Assembly (NCBI GenBank): GCA_949841325.1
Contig: CATKZK010000005.1
Coordinates: 1-59,798, forward strand
Direction of reading: 5' to 3'
DNA: 59,798 nucleotides
DNA from: an uncultured Bacilli bacterium
GTDB taxonomy: Bacteria > Bacillota_I > Bacilli_A > RF39 > UBA660
In this document: positions 28,136 through 40,367 of the stretch, in pieces
How the letters are laid out: the number at the start of each line of letters is the position of its first letter
How positions within the stretch are numbered: position 1 is the first letter of the stretch
Notes under the pieces: model-generated
What the model was told of the DNA's origin: nothing
Databases searched by the model: none
What the model saw: only the letters and a program-made list of their open reading frames with translations
Made by a program: the position numbers and the translations under genes

Positions 28136-30382
28136 ATGCAAGAAAACGAAAAGATAAATAATGAAATTTTTGTCGATGAAACAGGAAATCCTGTGGAGAC
28201 ACAATATGTGGATGAATTCGGTAATCCAATTGACCCTTCTTTAGTAGATGAATTCGGCAATTATGTTGGAAATACAGAAACACAATATGTAGATGAGTTT
28301 GGGAACCCAATTGACTCTTCTTTAATAGATGAATTTGGTAATTATATTTCAGAACCACAAAATATGGCAGTAGATGAAAATGCTTTAGTAGAATCTTTAA
28401 ATACGGTTTCAGGAAATCTTCCTACAGCATCTGCTGCAGCTCATCAAATGGATGGTAAAGAGATGCTAGAAGGTATGGTTACCTTTGATTATAATAACGT
28501 CCCTATTACCGATATCGTAAACTCTATTATCTTAGATGCTATTAATAAAGGAGCATCAGATATCCATTTTGACCCATTTGATGATGGAATAAAAATAAGA
28601 ATTCGTGTTGATGGACAGTTAAATGACTACTCTATTGTTCCACTTTATGTAAAACGCAATATGATTACACGTATTAAAATTATTTCAGGAATGAATATAA
28701 CAGAGAGTCGTACTCCACAAGATGGTGCTATTAGAACAGAACTTCAAAATAAAACCATTGATTTACGTGTATCTTGTCTCCCTACTAATATGGGTGAAAA
28801 AATTGTAATTCGTATTATGGACTACTCCATGAGTGCTGCTGGTATTGAAGCTCTAGATTTTGAAGAAGGAAACCTTGAAAAAGTAAAAAGGATGTTAGCT
28901 TTACCAAATGGTATCATTCTTGTTACAGGAGCTACTGGTACAGGCAAATCAACAACAGTTTACTCGATGCTTCAAAGATTAAATGTGGAAGGAACGAACT
29001 TAGTTACAGTCGAGGATCCAATTGAAATGAATATTGGAGGAATTAATCAAGTACAAGCTGCATCAGAAATCGGTTTAACTTTTGCAAGTGTTCTTCGTTC
29101 GATATTACGTCAAGACCCTGATGTTATTATGATTGGTGAAATTCGTGATGATGAAACAGCTCGTATTGCTGTTCGTGCCTCTATTACAGGTCATTTAGTA
29201 TTATCAACGATTCATACTAATAATTCACTGAATACAATTGAACGTCTAACTGATATGTCTGTTGAAAGATATCTCCTTGGTTCATCTTTATCGGGAATCA
29301 TTTCACAAAAACTATCGCGACGTTTATGCGAAAAATGTAAAAAATTAAGGCCAACTACGGATTATGAAAAAGAAATTTTTAAAAAAGTATTAAATCAAGA
29401 TATCAAAGAGATCTATGAACCTATTGGATGTCCTGAGTGTTCTAGAGGTTATCGTGGTCGTATTGCCATACACGAAGTTCTCCTTTTGAATCAAACAATC
29501 AAAGATGCCATCACTAAGGGAGCTCCAAAAGATGTATTAAGGAAACTTGTTTATAGTGAAAATGGAACAAAGACAATGTTGCAAGATGGTCTACAGAAAG
29601 TATTAGAAGGAAAAACATCTTTTGAAGAGATCCTAAAATTAATCGACTTAGAAGATGACCTTGGTAGTGGAACACAACTTGGCCTTTCAAGTCAAATTGA
29701 AGAGGCAAATATGAATAATGCGATTCCAACTCAAGCGACGACAGCTCCAGCTCAAGTAACGGGACCCATCAATATCAATATTACACCAGAACTACTAAAG
29801 AGCCTACAAATTCCTCTTGTAATGAATAATGAAAATACTCAAGAGTCTTCTCTCCCCGTAATAAAGGAAGCAGAAGAAATAAAAGAAGAACCCATCGTAG
29901 AGCAAAAAGCAAAGAAAAATAGAAAGAAAAAGAAGAAAACATCCTCTAATCCTCCTGCACCAGTCATAACAGAAGAAGAATCAGCAAAAATCAATACTCC
30001 TTATGAAAATAATTCTTTTGATGCTGTATTTGGGGATTATGACGAAGAAAAGGAGTTAAAAGAAATCGATACTGTTTTACAGGATATTAACAATATGAAG
30101 CAAGAAATTAACAAACACGAGCAAGAAATCAATGTAACAAAAAAATTTGATAAACAGCTTGTCAAAAATATCATTGAAAAGATAAAAGAAGAATCTAGTA
30201 ATAGACAGACTTCTATAAATGTACAAAATGAAGAAAATTCTTCTCCACAGTATGATAAAGATTTGGTCAAGAAAATTGTGGAAGATTTAAACAGAGGACA
30301 ACAACAACTCAATAAAGAAATTTCTACAGATGATAACTCAATTGATCAACTTGTAGAAACAATAAAAGCATTTGAAGATTAA
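28136..30382 (+). CDS. pilB: PilB/GspE-family pilus assembly ATPase with repeat N-terminus and long acidic C-tail
   Basis: ASDIH, PQDG, GATGTGKST, EDPIE, LRQDPDVIMIGEIRD, GHLVLSTIH, CEKC..CPEC. Confidence 0.9.
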   Translation: MQENEKINNEIFVDETGNPVETQYVDEFGNPIDPSLVDEFGNYVGNTETQYVDEFGNPIDSSLIDEFGNYISEPQNMAVDENALVESLNTVSGNLPTASAAAHQMDGKEMLEGMVTFDYNNVPITDIVNSIILDAINKGASDIHFDPFDDGIKIRIRVDGQLNDYSIVPLYVKRNMITRIKIISGMNITESRTPQDGAIRTELQNKTIDLRVSCLPTNMGEKIVIRIMDYSMSAAGIEALDFEEGNLEKVKRMLALPNGIILVTGATGTGKSTTVYSMLQRLNVEGTNLVTVEDPIEMNIGGINQVQAASEIGLTFASVLRSILRQDPDVIMIGEIRDDETARIAVRASITGHLVLSTIHTNNSLNTIERLTDMSVERYLLGSSLSGIISQKLSRRLCEKCKKLRPTTDYEKEIFKKVLNQDIKEIYEPIGCPECSRGYRGRIAIHEVLLLNQTIKDAITKGAPKDVLRKLVYSENGTKTMLQDGLQKVLEGKTSFEEILKLIDLEDDLGSGTQLGLSSQIEEANMNNAIPTQATTAPAQVTGPININITPELLKSLQIPLVMNNENTQESSLPVIKEAEEIKEEPIVEQKAKKNRKKKKKTSSNPPAPVITEEESAKINTPYENNSFDAVFGDYDEEKELKEIDTVLQDINNMKQEINKHEQEINVTKKFDKQLVKNIIEKIKEESSNRQTSINVQNEENSSPQYDKDLVKKIVEDLNRGQQQLNKEISTDDNSIDQLVETIKAFED
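28196..28348 (+). repeat. Two 81-nt-period coding repeats ETQYVDEFGNPIDxSLxDEFGNY
   Basis: Direct repeat visible at DNA and protein level. Confidence 0.9.
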
Positions 30383-30399
30383 TCAAATGCTTTTTATTT

Positions 30400-30809
30400 T
30401 TAAGTAACTTGTACCCCTTTTACAACATTTGAATAACTTGATTTGGTTGCAATCATTTTATCGACTAATGTGGACGCATCAGCTGTATAATTCTCCATGA
30501 TTTTAGCATTTGAAGCGATAACTGTATATAGAAACATCATTTCATATACAGTACAATTTGTTCCTCTTATTGTAATTGTAGTTAATAAATTACCGCAATC
30601 TGTAAAGAGACAACTTTATTGTTACTTTACTTACATCAACCCCTGATAAATCTAAAGTTTTCAAATTATTACAGTTGCTTGAGACGTATCAAAACCATGT
30701 ACATCTAAACTTACTAAATTTATGTTTATCATCTCAGCAAACATGAAAGACATATTTCTTACTTTTCTCGTATCATGGCTACTACTGGAATAATCATTTT
30801 CTTTGTCAT
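30400..30809 (-). pseudogene. Collapsed relic of a DUF285/BspA LRR surface-protein gene
   Basis: MTKKMIIPVVA start joined to frameshifted pieces DTRKVRNMSFMF, CNNLKTLDLS and TITIRGTNC..YTADASTLVDKMIATKSSYSNVVKG, matching the other paralogs. Confidence 0.82.
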
Positions 30810-31115
30810 AGCTTTCACTTTCCTATTATTATCATTTAAAATATTTTTGCCAGTTATTATATATATGTATTCATTTTTACAAAGAAAAAAGAGAATTCAA
30901 AGAAAAGAACTCTATATAAAAGATTGTGCGAAAAATTTAAACATAAAAAAGGACTTTTGACAAGTCCTCTGTCTAAACGATTTTGTGCTTGATTTTAAAA
31001 TAAAAGTAGTAAATTAGTAGTAAACTGGTATCGAAAACTTTTGCATAAATCTATAAATAAAGGCTTTTATAGTTAAATTACAATTTTTTAAGAAAAAAAG
31101 TGTATTTCTACACTT

Positions 31116-31988
31116 TTAACCATTGATTTGTTTAGCAACTTCTTCGGCAAAATTCTCGCTTCTTTTTTCCATGCCTTCGCCTACTTCATATCGAATCATT
31201 GATTTAACTGTTCCACCATGATTTTTAACATAAGTTTCAACATCAATGTCGCCATCTTTTACAAAAGCTTGATGAATAAGACAATTCTCTTTATAGTATT
31301 TTTGAATACGTCCACTTACCATCTTTTCAGCAATATCAGCTGGTTTTCCTTCATTTATTGCTTGTTCCTTTAAGATTTCTTTTTCACGCTCAATTACTTC
31401 TGCAGGAACTTCTTCTTTATTCAAGTACTCAGGTCTCATCGCTGCAGCTTGCATAGCAACGTCACGAGCAATATCTTCATCACTTCCGTCAACAACAACT
31501 AATACAGCAATTTTCCCTCCCATATGCAAATAAGCACCGAAATGTTCTGAATCGCTTTTACTTACAAGTTCAGCTCTTCTTAAAGATAACTTTTCGCCAA
31601 TTTTAGCCGTCTTAGAAACAATATATTCACTTACAGTTTGTCCTTCCACTTCTAAAGCATTGATTTCATCCAAATCTTTTGCTTCACTCTTTAAAATTGC
31701 TTTACCAATATTGTCAATCATCTCAACAAATTCTGTATTTTTTGTAACAAAATCAGTTTCACAGTTTACTTCTAAAATAACAGCTTTATCGCCTTCTGTA
31801 AGGATATTTGCAAGTCCTTCAGCTGCAATACGGCTTGCTTTTTTAGCCGCTTTGGCAATTCCTTTTTCTCTTAGCCAGTCTTGTGCAGCACTCATGTCTC
31901 CATTGCATTCTGTTAATGCCTTTTTGCAATCCATCATACCTGCACCTGTAATATTTCTTAATTCATTTACTTCTTTAGCAGTAATCAT
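31116..31988 (-). CDS. tsf: Elongation factor Ts
   Basis: TGAGMMDCKKAL, EVNCETDFV. Confidence 0.98.
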   Translation of the reverse strand: MITAKEVNELRNITGAGMMDCKKALTECNGDMSAAQDWLREKGIAKAAKKASRIAAEGLANILTEGDKAVILEVNCETDFVTKNTEFVEMIDNIGKAILKSEAKDLDEINALEVEGQTVSEYIVSKTAKIGEKLSLRRAELVSKSDSEHFGAYLHMGGKIAVLVVVDGSDEDIARDVAMQAAAMRPEYLNKEEVPAEVIEREKEILKEQAINEGKPADIAEKMVSGRIQKYYKENCLIHQAFVKDGDIDVETYVKNHGGTVKSMIRYEVGEGMEKRSENFAEEVAKQING

Positions 31989-32000
31989 TCTCTTCTCTCC

Positions 32001-32933
32001 TTAACTAAGTGATGAAATTAATTCATCTTTCTTCATTGTAGAATAACCCTTAACCCCTGCTTCTTTTGCCATTGCTCTTAAATCAGCAACAGTCATACCA
32101 TCTAATCCAGTAGATTCTACTTTTTCTTCGATAACTTCCTCTTCTACTTCTTGAACAGGTAAAGCTTCCTCTTTTTCTTTTTTAACTTCTTTTGTTTCTT
32201 TCTTTACTGCTTTGTCATCTTCTGTAACATAGTCTACAATCTCTAATCCTTTTGCTTCACAAATAGCATTCGTCAAAACACCTAAAACAACTTTTACACT
32301 TCTAACAGCGTCATCATTTCCAGGAATGACATAGTCTACATCATCAGGATCACAGTTTGTATCTACAAGTCCAAATACTGGAATATTTAACTTACGTGCT
32401 TCGCGAATGGCATTAATCTCCTTTTTAGGATCAACGATAATCAATGCATTTGGAAGTTTATCCATCGCACGAATACCACATAACACTTTATTCAACTTAT
32501 CATATTCTTTCTTAAGTCCGATAACTTCTTTTTTAGGTAATACATCAAACATTCCGTTTTCTTCCATCTTCTCGATTTCTTCTAAACGTTTAATTCTCTT
32601 ACGAATTGTTCTAAAGTTTGTTAATGTTCCACCTAACCATCTCTCTGTTACATAGAAAGATTCAGAACGTGTAGCTTCTTCAATTGAAGCTTCAACAGCT
32701 TGTTTCTTCGTTCCTACAAATAAGAAAGAACCTCCATTTTCAGCAATTTCTTTTACTTTAACATATGCATTTTCAATGCATGTTTTTGTCTTCTCAAGAT
32801 CAATAATATAAATATCATCTCTTGATGTATAGATGTATTCCCTCATTTTTGGATTCCATCTTTTTGTTTGATGTCCAAAGTGAACACCAGCTTCAAGTAA
32901 GTATGACATACTTACAACTTTGTTTTCTTCCAT
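32001..32933 (-). CDS. rpsB: 30S ribosomal protein S2 with C-terminal Rho-N-like helical domain
   Basis: [29 protein letters not shown]; ATG 32933 preferred. Confidence 0.98.
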   Translation of the reverse strand: MEENKVVSMSYLLEAGVHFGHQTKRWNPKMREYIYTSRDDIYIIDLEKTKTCIENAYVKVKEIAENGGSFLFVGTKKQAVEASIEEATRSESFYVTERWLGGTLTNFRTIRKRIKRLEEIEKMEENGMFDVLPKKEVIGLKKEYDKLNKVLCGIRAMDKLPNALIIVDPKKEINAIREARKLNIPVFGLVDTNCDPDDVDYVIPGNDDAVRSVKVVLGVLTNAICEAKGLEIVDYVTEDDKAVKKETKEVKKEKEEALPVQEVEEEVIEEKVESTGLDGMTVADLRAMAKEAGVKGYSTMKKDELISSLS

Positions 32934-32939
32934 TTTTCT

Positions 32940-33072
32940 CACTCTCTTTCGTTTTACTTCCAAGTACCTAACTACTCTCCAACCAAAGGGTCACTAGAAG
33001 AGCATACATGTACTTGTGTTTATTTGGTATGAAAACCAAGTTTACTATATCAAAAAAGAGAAACTTTATCAA
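32940..33072 (-). promoter_or_regulatory. rpsB-tsf promoter and structured 5' leader (probable S2 autoregulatory RNA)
   Basis: TTGATA-17-TATAGT with TG; leader pairing CAAGTAC/GTACTTG and CTCTTC/GGAGAG. Confidence 0.55.
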
Positions 33073-33128
33073 TAGTTTCCCTACTATTTTATGAGTTTTT
33101 ATTTACTTTAGAAGAAGAAAAAGAGGAA

Positions 33129-34928
33129 TTATCCTCTTATTTCAGATTCTTCTTTAACAACATCAGTAATGATGACATTTTCATTTGGCATTATAAAGGT
33201 GTTTCCTTCTATCAATACCCCATTTAATTTAAAAGATGTAACAGATCCACTCATTTTAGTACTCAAAGTAATGATTTGCCCTTCATAACCTTTTGCCACG
33301 TTAGCTATAATTTCATCATCTTGAACGGTTACAACAAGATTAGACATATTCTTTCCTTTTACAACATTTGAGCCACTCGATTTAGTCGCAATCATTTGAT
33401 CAACCAAACTAGATGCATCTTCAGTATAATGAACTGTTATTTTAGCCTCTTTATCCATAGCCGCATCAGCAAACATGCCATAATATTCCTCACAATTTAC
33501 CCCCTTTATTGTGATTTCTGTTATTAAATTTGGACAATTATTAAACATCCCACCCATATCCTTTACCTTGCTTGTGTCAAAATGACTGACATCTAACTTT
33601 TTTAAAGCACTGCAATTTGAAAACATCCAAGTCATATCCGTTACCTTGCTTGTGTCAAAATGACTCAGATCCAAAGCAATTAAGCTACTACATCCAGAAA
33701 ACATACCAAACATACTTGTTACATTTTCTGTGTTCCAATTTTTTACATTTAATGACGATAACGCTCGACAATTAAGGAACATTGAATTCATTTTCGTGCA
33801 TTTGTTTGTATCAAAATGACTTAAATCGAGAATCGTTAGATTGCTACATCCAGAAAACAACGCGTTTATACTCGTTACATTACTTGTATTCCAATTATGT
33901 AAATCGAGAGTTGACAATTTTTCACAATAAGCAAACATACTTCCGATATTTGTTACATTTTCTGTATTCCAATTTTTTACATTTAGTGAAGTTAACGCTT
34001 GACAATTAAGGAACATATTCTCCATATTCGAGACATTTCTTGTATCAAATGAACTCAAATCCAAATTTATTAGACTTCTACTAGAACAAAACATATTATT
34101 CATATCGATTACTTGGCTCGTATCTAAAAATTCTAATCCATTAATACTTGTTAAGTTCATAAAAATAGCAAATAAATAAGAAGAATTGGGATTGGCATTT
34201 ACACCTCCATTTTGTCCAATATATAGTTCTAATAGTTCATTATTGTCCTCATCTAATGTATATGCTAAGATACTTCCATTTCCACTATTGGACACATCCC
34301 ATGATTCTACTCCTTCTGGCACATCTTTTGTATTTTTTTAGGTAATGCTTTCTACTTTAGTTCTATCTAATTCATGCCCTAAATAAATTGAATTTGAAGA
34401 ACTTTCTGCTTGCTTTAAATAATCTACTTGTTCTTTATCTATCGTTTCTCCTCCTGCTTCTGTTCTTTCTTTAGCACTTCCTCTTATTTCACAGTTTATC
34501 GATACTTCGGTTTCTTCAAATACACTTTTGATAACGGTTAATGTTAGTTTCCCACTTCTTATTTCTCTTGCTTTTAAATCTTCTAAGACGTTAAACTTAT
34601 TTTCTACTCGTAAGTATTCATTTCCACCTGTACAATTGATAACGATACTGGCATCATATTGTTTTGATGCATTGGTGACATCATATTCTAATGTATACTT
34701 TTCATTTATTTTGGATAATTCTGTTCTAAAACTAATATGTGTCTTATCCTGAATTAAGCCATTATTCTCAACTCCATTTTCTACTGCTTTAGAAAAATAC
34801 ACATCAAAATCATCATTGTTTGTTCCTATTCCTATTGTTCCATTCAAATAAAGGGTAGTACTCACTGCTGCAAATCCAATTGCCATTAAAAGCACTGATA
34901 AAAACACGATTTTCCTTTGTACACGCAT
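33129..34928 (-). pseudogene. Shared-N-module plus DUF285/BspA LRR surface protein interrupted by one in-frame TAA (34338-34340)
   Basis: The two track ORFs are in frame: ..KVESIT*KNTKDVPEGVESWD, versus KVEKITFIEDKAVPDNAMEAWD in the paralog at 58403. Confidence 0.85.
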
Positions 34929-35018
34929 TTCGTTATCCTTCTTTCCTATTAATATTATAAAAAGAAAAAGGATTATCACACAAGGTAATAATCCCCTATT
35001 TACAGAAGCGTTTACAGA

Positions 35019-36143
35019 TTATTCTTCTGTATATTTATTATATTTCGTAAATTCACTATCTTTATCTAATTTAGTGCTTGCAAGCTCTTTAAATAACTTC
35101 TTTTGAGCATGATCTAATTTGGTTGGAATAATAACATTGATGATACCATATGCATCTCCCTTGCGGCCACTTTTTTCATCATCAATTCCCTTTCCTCTAA
35201 ACTTAAATTTATCCCCATTTTGAGTTCCTGCAGGAATCTCAGTTATAATCGTTCCCTGCACAGTAGGAACTTCTTTTTTACATCCCAATACTGCTTCGGC
35301 AATCGTCAATGGAATCTTTACATAGACATCTCGACCATCTCTTTGATAAATTTCATGTGAACGAACTTTAAACTCTACATAGACATCTCCTCTAGGACCA
35401 CCGTTTGCCCCAGCAGAGCCTTTTCCTGATAAACGAAGAGTATCACCATCTTCTACACCACGAGGCACTCTAAACTTAATCGCCTTGTCCTTATTCACTG
35501 TTCCTTTTCCACTACACTTAGAACACTTCGTCTTAAATGTTACACCCGATCCTTCGCATGTTGGACAAACAGTTTCCGATTGAAAAATACCAAACATGGT
35601 TCTCTGTTCAGAAACGACTCTCCCTCGTCCATTACATTTTGAACAAGTGGTTTCATCATGTCCTCCACGCCCATTACAATCATTGCAGGCATCCTCTATA
35701 TTGACTTTAAATTCTTTTTCGGCACCATACACTGACTCTTCAAAAGAAATCGTCATATTGACTACTTTATCAGCACCTCTTGCTTTACGATTTCTTCCTC
35801 GTCCACTCGAACGTCCGCCAAAAGAACCTCCCATCATCGATTCAAAAATACTACCTAAATCAAAATCTTCAAAACTAAAACCTTCAAATCCACCAAAACC
35901 GCCACCAGCAGCTCCATCAAACGCCGCATGACCAAATTGATCATATTGACGTCTTTTATTCTCATCACTTAAGACAGAATAAGCTTCTCCTATTTCTTTA
36001 AACTTTTCATCTGCTCCTGGTTCTTTATTCACATCTGGGTGATATTGTTTGGCAAGTTTACGAAAAGCTCGTTTAATCTCTTCATCTGAAGCAGACTTAG
36101 ATACACCCAAGACCTCATAATAGTCTCTTTTACTTGCTGCCAT
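35019..36143 (-). CDS. dnaJ: Chaperone DnaJ
   Basis: [13 protein letters not shown] region, four CxxCxGxG. Confidence 0.98.
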   Translation of the reverse strand: MAASKRDYYEVLGVSKSASDEEIKRAFRKLAKQYHPDVNKEPGADEKFKEIGEAYSVLSDENKRRQYDQFGHAAFDGAAGGGFGGFEGFSFEDFDLGSIFESMMGGSFGGRSSGRGRNRKARGADKVVNMTISFEESVYGAEKEFKVNIEDACNDCNGRGGHDETTCSKCNGRGRVVSEQRTMFGIFQSETVCPTCEGSGVTFKTKCSKCSGKGTVNKDKAIKFRVPRGVEDGDTLRLSGKGSAGANGGPRGDVYVEFKVRSHEIYQRDGRDVYVKIPLTIAEAVLGCKKEVPTVQGTIITEIPAGTQNGDKFKFRGKGIDDEKSGRKGDAYGIINVIIPTKLDHAQKKLFKELASTKLDKDSEFTKYNKYTEE

Positions 36144-37938
36144 TTTTTTCACCATCCAATTCTAATAATTCACTTAATTCATCGATCGCATGATCAAACG
36201 TTTCAAATGCGATTTCATATGTTTGGGCATTTTCCATATCAATTCCTAGCGCTTTTAAAGCTTCTAACGGAGGAACACTTGAACCTAAGGTTAAAAAGTG
36301 CATATAACGATCTAACATTCCCTCTTCTTTATTTAATAATTTAGAAGCAAGTACAGTTGATGCCACTATAGCTGTCGAATAATTAAACGTATAATGTCCA
36401 CCACCCATAAAGAAATGAGGAATTGCTGCCCACATATTTCCCTTTGACTTTTCAAATAAATCTCCCATGACTTCACTATTGGTAGTATTCCAATATTGTG
36501 CTAAGACTTCACTCGATAACGGAATTCCATCCTTTGCTGATTGATGCGCTTTTTCTTCAAATAATGCCTGTTTTGCTGCACCAAAGAAATTTCCTGCAAA
36601 GACTTTAATAAAGCACCCAAGTAATTCCTTTTTTTCTGTTATATCTTCCGTTTTATTACGGTAAACATTAGAAAACACAATTTCATTAGTCAAAGAGGCA
36701 ATTTCAGCTGTAAATGTCGATCCAAATACATAGGAAGGAAGTTGCTTTTGAATACTTAAATACTGATTCACAAAGTGACCTAATTCATGTGATAAAGAAG
36801 AAATATCGCATAATTTTCCTGTATACTGAGCTATAATAAGTGGATGCTCATAAGGAATATAAGAGCTAAGCCACATCGTTGTTTTCCCATCTCTTGGAAA
36901 ATAATCAATACAGTGCTCATCAAAGGCTTTTTCTAAAACGTGACTGTATTCATCCCCATAGATAGAGAACGTATCAAGAATAATCTTCTTTGCCTCTTCT
37001 ATCGAATAATTTGTTTTTGATGAGGGAGTAAGAGGTGCAGCAATATCATAGGATTTTAAATCAGGCAATTTCAAAGCTTTTTTATATAGCTCAATATACT
37101 TTTTGAATAACTCTTTATGCAAAGTAGCACACTTTTTAAAAGTTTCATATGTTTTCTTTGTAAGCTCTGCTGTATCTAATTTTTCTTCTAAATAAGAGTT
37201 GTATTTGCGATATTTGCTAATATTTTCTACACACTTAATAAATCCTATATAGTTTGTTGCTAAACTCTCTTTATGTCTTTCATAGGCCTCATCTTCTCTT
37301 AAGGCAACTTGTCTTCTCACATCGCGACATTCATCACGACTAAATTTTTCTAATTGATTAGAGCTTAATGCAATCTCTTCTCCATTTTCTAATGTAATGG
37401 TTTTGAAATCCATTTCTTTTGTTCTAATAAACTCACTTGATTTAGAAAAATTTTGCATCACACTTTGCATCTCAGATATGATAGCTTCTTCAGGCTCACT
37501 CAACATATGTTCTTTTTGTTTATAAATATCCTGAAGCATCTTTTTATATGGTTTTAATTCCTCTAATTCATCACAATAGGCCATTGCAATGCTTTCATCA
37601 CTTTCAAGTAATTCAGGAATAACAAAGGAAGTTAAAACATTATAGTTTGCAATCATTCCATATAGTTTATCTTGATACTTTTTATTTTCTTCATTTTGCA
37701 TATCTGTAAGGAATAATATATGATTATATAAATCCATTCGTTCGATGCTTTTTTCCACAATTTCTGAATCTTTATAAAATTGTAGCAACATTTCAGCAGA
37801 ATCTAATAGATGCCCTTTATATTTCAAAAGATCTTTTTGTAATTTTTCTACGATTTCTGCCTCTTCAAGCCATTTTTCATAATTTTCAAAAAGGAAACGA
37901 TAATCAATACATCCTTCTTCGCTTTTTATTTCTTCCAT
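36130..37938 (-). CDS. pepF: Oligoendopeptidase F (M3B)
   Basis: [27 protein letters not shown]. Confidence 0.85.
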   Translation of the reverse strand: MEEIKSEEGCIDYRFLFENYEKWLEEAEIVEKLQKDLLKYKGHLLDSAEMLLQFYKDSEIVEKSIERMDLYNHILFLTDMQNEENKKYQDKLYGMIANYNVLTSFVIPELLESDESIAMAYCDELEELKPYKKMLQDIYKQKEHMLSEPEEAIISEMQSVMQNFSKSSEFIRTKEMDFKTITLENGEEIALSSNQLEKFSRDECRDVRRQVALREDEAYERHKESLATNYIGFIKCVENISKYRKYNSYLEEKLDTAELTKKTYETFKKCATLHKELFKKYIELYKKALKLPDLKSYDIAAPLTPSSKTNYSIEEAKKIILDTFSIYGDEYSHVLEKAFDEHCIDYFPRDGKTTMWLSSYIPYEHPLIIAQYTGKLCDISSLSHELGHFVNQYLSIQKQLPSYVFGSTFTAEIASLTNEIVFSNVYRNKTEDITEKKELLGCFIKVFAGNFFGAAKQALFEEKAHQSAKDGIPLSSEVLAQYWNTTNSEVMGDLFEKSKGNMWAAIPHFFMGGGHYTFNYSTAIVASTVLASKLLNKEEGMLDRYMHFLTLGSSVPPLEALKALGIDMENAQTYEIAFETFDHAIDELSELLELDGEKNGSK

Positions 37939-37990
37939 ATTCTCTCCTAAAACACAAGGAAAGGGGAACTTTTCTCCCCTATTTTCCTAC

Positions 37991-39811
37991 TTACTTTTTA
38001 TCGACAAATTCTGCTTCCGATACTTCATCATCATTATCGTTATTATTTGATGTATTTTCATTTGCCGCATTATTTTGTGCTTCTTGATAAACTCTTCCTG
38101 CAAGTTTCATCGCTTTTTCTTGTAATTTAGAAGTCTTTTCTTTGATACTTTCTGTATCTTCTCCTTTAAGAGACTCTTTTACATCATCGATTAACTTTGT
38201 CACGTCATTCTTTTCATCGTCACTTAATTTCTCTCCTAAATCACGAATGGCACCTTCTGCTGCATAAATAGTTTGTTCAGCTTCATTTCTCGCTTCTGCG
38301 GCTGCTTTACGCGCTTCATCAGCTTCTTTATTTGCTTCCGCATCTTTCATCATCTTATCGATTTCTTCATCAGAGAGATTCGTATTTGAAGTAATGGTAA
38401 TTTTTTGTTCTTTACCAGTTCCCAAATCTTTTGCTTTAACATTTACAATACCATTAGCATCGATATCAAAAGTAACTTCAATTTGCGGAACCCCTCTCCT
38501 TGCTGGAGGAATATCGGTAAGTTGGAATCTTCCCAATGTTTTATTATCTGCTGCCATTTGTCTTTCACCTTGTAGAACATGAATATCTACTGCAGGTTGA
38601 TTATCAGCTGCTGTTGAGAACACTTGACTTTTACTTGTTGGAATCGTTGTATTTCTTGGAATTAAGACAGTCATTACATCTCCAAGTGTTTCAATACCTA
38701 AGGAAAGAGGTGTTACGTCTAATAATACTAAATCCTCTACTTCACCTGTTAAAACACCACCTTGTACTGCTGCACCCATAGCAACAACTTCATCAGGGTT
38801 AACACTCTTGTTTGGCTCTTTTCCTAATTCTTTCTTAACAAGTTCTTGAATGTAAGGAATACGTGTTGATCCACCTACTAAAACAACTTGATCAATTTCA
38901 CTCGCTTTTAATTTAGCATCTTTTAAAGCCTTACGAACAGAATCTAATGTCGAATCAAATAAATCACGGTTTAAATCTTCAAATTTAGCTCTTGTTAAAT
39001 CCATTTCAAAATTGACTGGAGTCCCATCAACTTGAGCAATAAATGGTAAAGAAATGGAAGTCGTCGTAGCGTTTGATAAGTTTTTCTTCGCCTTTTCTGC
39101 TTCGTCTTTAATACGTTGCATCGCCATCTTATCATCTTTAACGTCAGCTTTTGTCTCTTTCTTTAACTCCTCAACAATATAATCCATTACACGATTATCG
39201 AAGTCATCTCCACCTAGGCGATTATTCCCACTTGTCGATTTAACTTCATAAACACCATCTCCTAATTCAAGGATAGAAACGTCAAATGTACCTCCACCTA
39301 AGTCATAAACTAAAATAGTTTGTAGTTTATCTTGTTTATCAAGCCCATAAGCAAGAGCTGCCGCTGTTGGTTCATTGACAATTCTTTCTACTTCTAAACC
39401 AGCGATTTTACCAGCATTCTTTGTTGCTTGTCTTTCTGCATCATTAAAGTATGCAGGAACTGTGATAACTGCTTTTGTAACGGGTTCTCCTAAATAAGCC
39501 TCAGCATCAGCTTTAATCTTAGCTAAAATCTTAGCACTGATTTCTTCAGGTGTGTATTTTTTACCATCAATATCTACCTTTTTATTTGTTCCCATACTTC
39601 TTTTAATAGAAGCAATTGTTTTATCTGCATTGGTTACAGCTTGTCTTTTAGCAAGTGAACCAACTAATTCTTCTCCATTTTTACCAAATGCCACAATTGA
39701 TGGCGTTGTACGGTCTCCTTCTGAGTTTACTATAACAGTAGGAGTACCTCCTTCTAATACTGCACAACAACTATTCGTTGTTCCTAAATCAATTCCTATA
39801 ATTTTTCCCAT
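37991..39811 (-). CDS. dnaK: Chaperone DnaK
   Basis: [25 protein letters not shown]. Confidence 0.99.
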   Translation of the reverse strand: MGKIIGIDLGTTNSCCAVLEGGTPTVIVNSEGDRTTPSIVAFGKNGEELVGSLAKRQAVTNADKTIASIKRSMGTNKKVDIDGKKYTPEEISAKILAKIKADAEAYLGEPVTKAVITVPAYFNDAERQATKNAGKIAGLEVERIVNEPTAAALAYGLDKQDKLQTILVYDLGGGTFDVSILELGDGVYEVKSTSGNNRLGGDDFDNRVMDYIVEELKKETKADVKDDKMAMQRIKDEAEKAKKNLSNATTTSISLPFIAQVDGTPVNFEMDLTRAKFEDLNRDLFDSTLDSVRKALKDAKLKASEIDQVVLVGGSTRIPYIQELVKKELGKEPNKSVNPDEVVAMGAAVQGGVLTGEVEDLVLLDVTPLSLGIETLGDVMTVLIPRNTTIPTSKSQVFSTAADNQPAVDIHVLQGERQMAADNKTLGRFQLTDIPPARRGVPQIEVTFDIDANGIVNVKAKDLGTGKEQKITITSNTNLSDEEIDKMMKDAEANKEADEARKAAAEARNEAEQTIYAAEGAIRDLGEKLSDDEKNDVTKLIDDVKESLKGEDTESIKEKTSKLQEKAMKLAGRVYQEAQNNAANENTSNNNDNDDEVSEAEFVDKK

Positions 39812-39830
39812 ATATTTCAAATCCTTTCTC

Positions 39831-40355
39831 TTATTCTGAAACTTTAACCATGCTAGCTCTTAAGACACGGTCTTTATACATATAGCCCTTTTGAAGGACT
39901 TCTATCACCATACCAGGTTCAATTCCTTCACGAGCTTCGGTAAGTACTGCTTGATGGAAATTCGGATCAAAAGGCTTATCAAGTGCCTCAATTTCAAATA
40001 CTCCATTCTCTGCAAGAATCTTAGAAATCGTATCACTGATCATCTTGAATCCTTTCAAAAATTCTGCATTCTCTTCTGTCTCTAAACTCCAAGCACGCTC
40101 AAAATTATCCATCACTTTAATCAAATCTTTTAAGATATCTTCATTCGCATACTTTTTATAATTGCTTACTTCTTCTTCTTTTCTTCTTTTGAAATTCATC
40201 ATCTCTGCTTGAATGCGCATCGATTTTTCCTTTTCTTCTCCAAGAAGATGTGTCAGTTTTTCGATTTCTAAGGCATGTTTATCCTTTTTCTTTTTTGGTT
40301 TATCTAAACGGACATCTTCGCTTTTTTCCGTTTCTATTTTTGTTTCTTCTTCCAT
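39831..40355 (-). CDS. grpE: Nucleotide exchange factor GrpE
   Basis: [22 protein letters not shown]. Confidence 0.97.
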   Translation of the reverse strand: MEEETKIETEKSEDVRLDKPKKKKDKHALEIEKLTHLLGEEKEKSMRIQAEMMNFKRRKEEEVSNYKKYANEDILKDLIKVMDNFERAWSLETEENAEFLKGFKMISDTISKILAENGVFEIEALDKPFDPNFHQAVLTEAREGIEPGMVIEVLQKGYMYKDRVLRASMVKVSE

Positions 40356-40367
40356 GGTGCCTCCATT

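Noticed and set aside
30775-30960. 61-aa hydrophobic plus-strand ORF
   Set aside because: Antisense to the relic gene's start and promoter, no RBS; explained by AT-richness
33540-34130. Regular ~78-nt repeats here and at about 58620-59150 as a CRISPR-like array
   Set aside because: Degenerate in-frame DUF285 LRR units; no constant repeat/spacer structure and no cas genes
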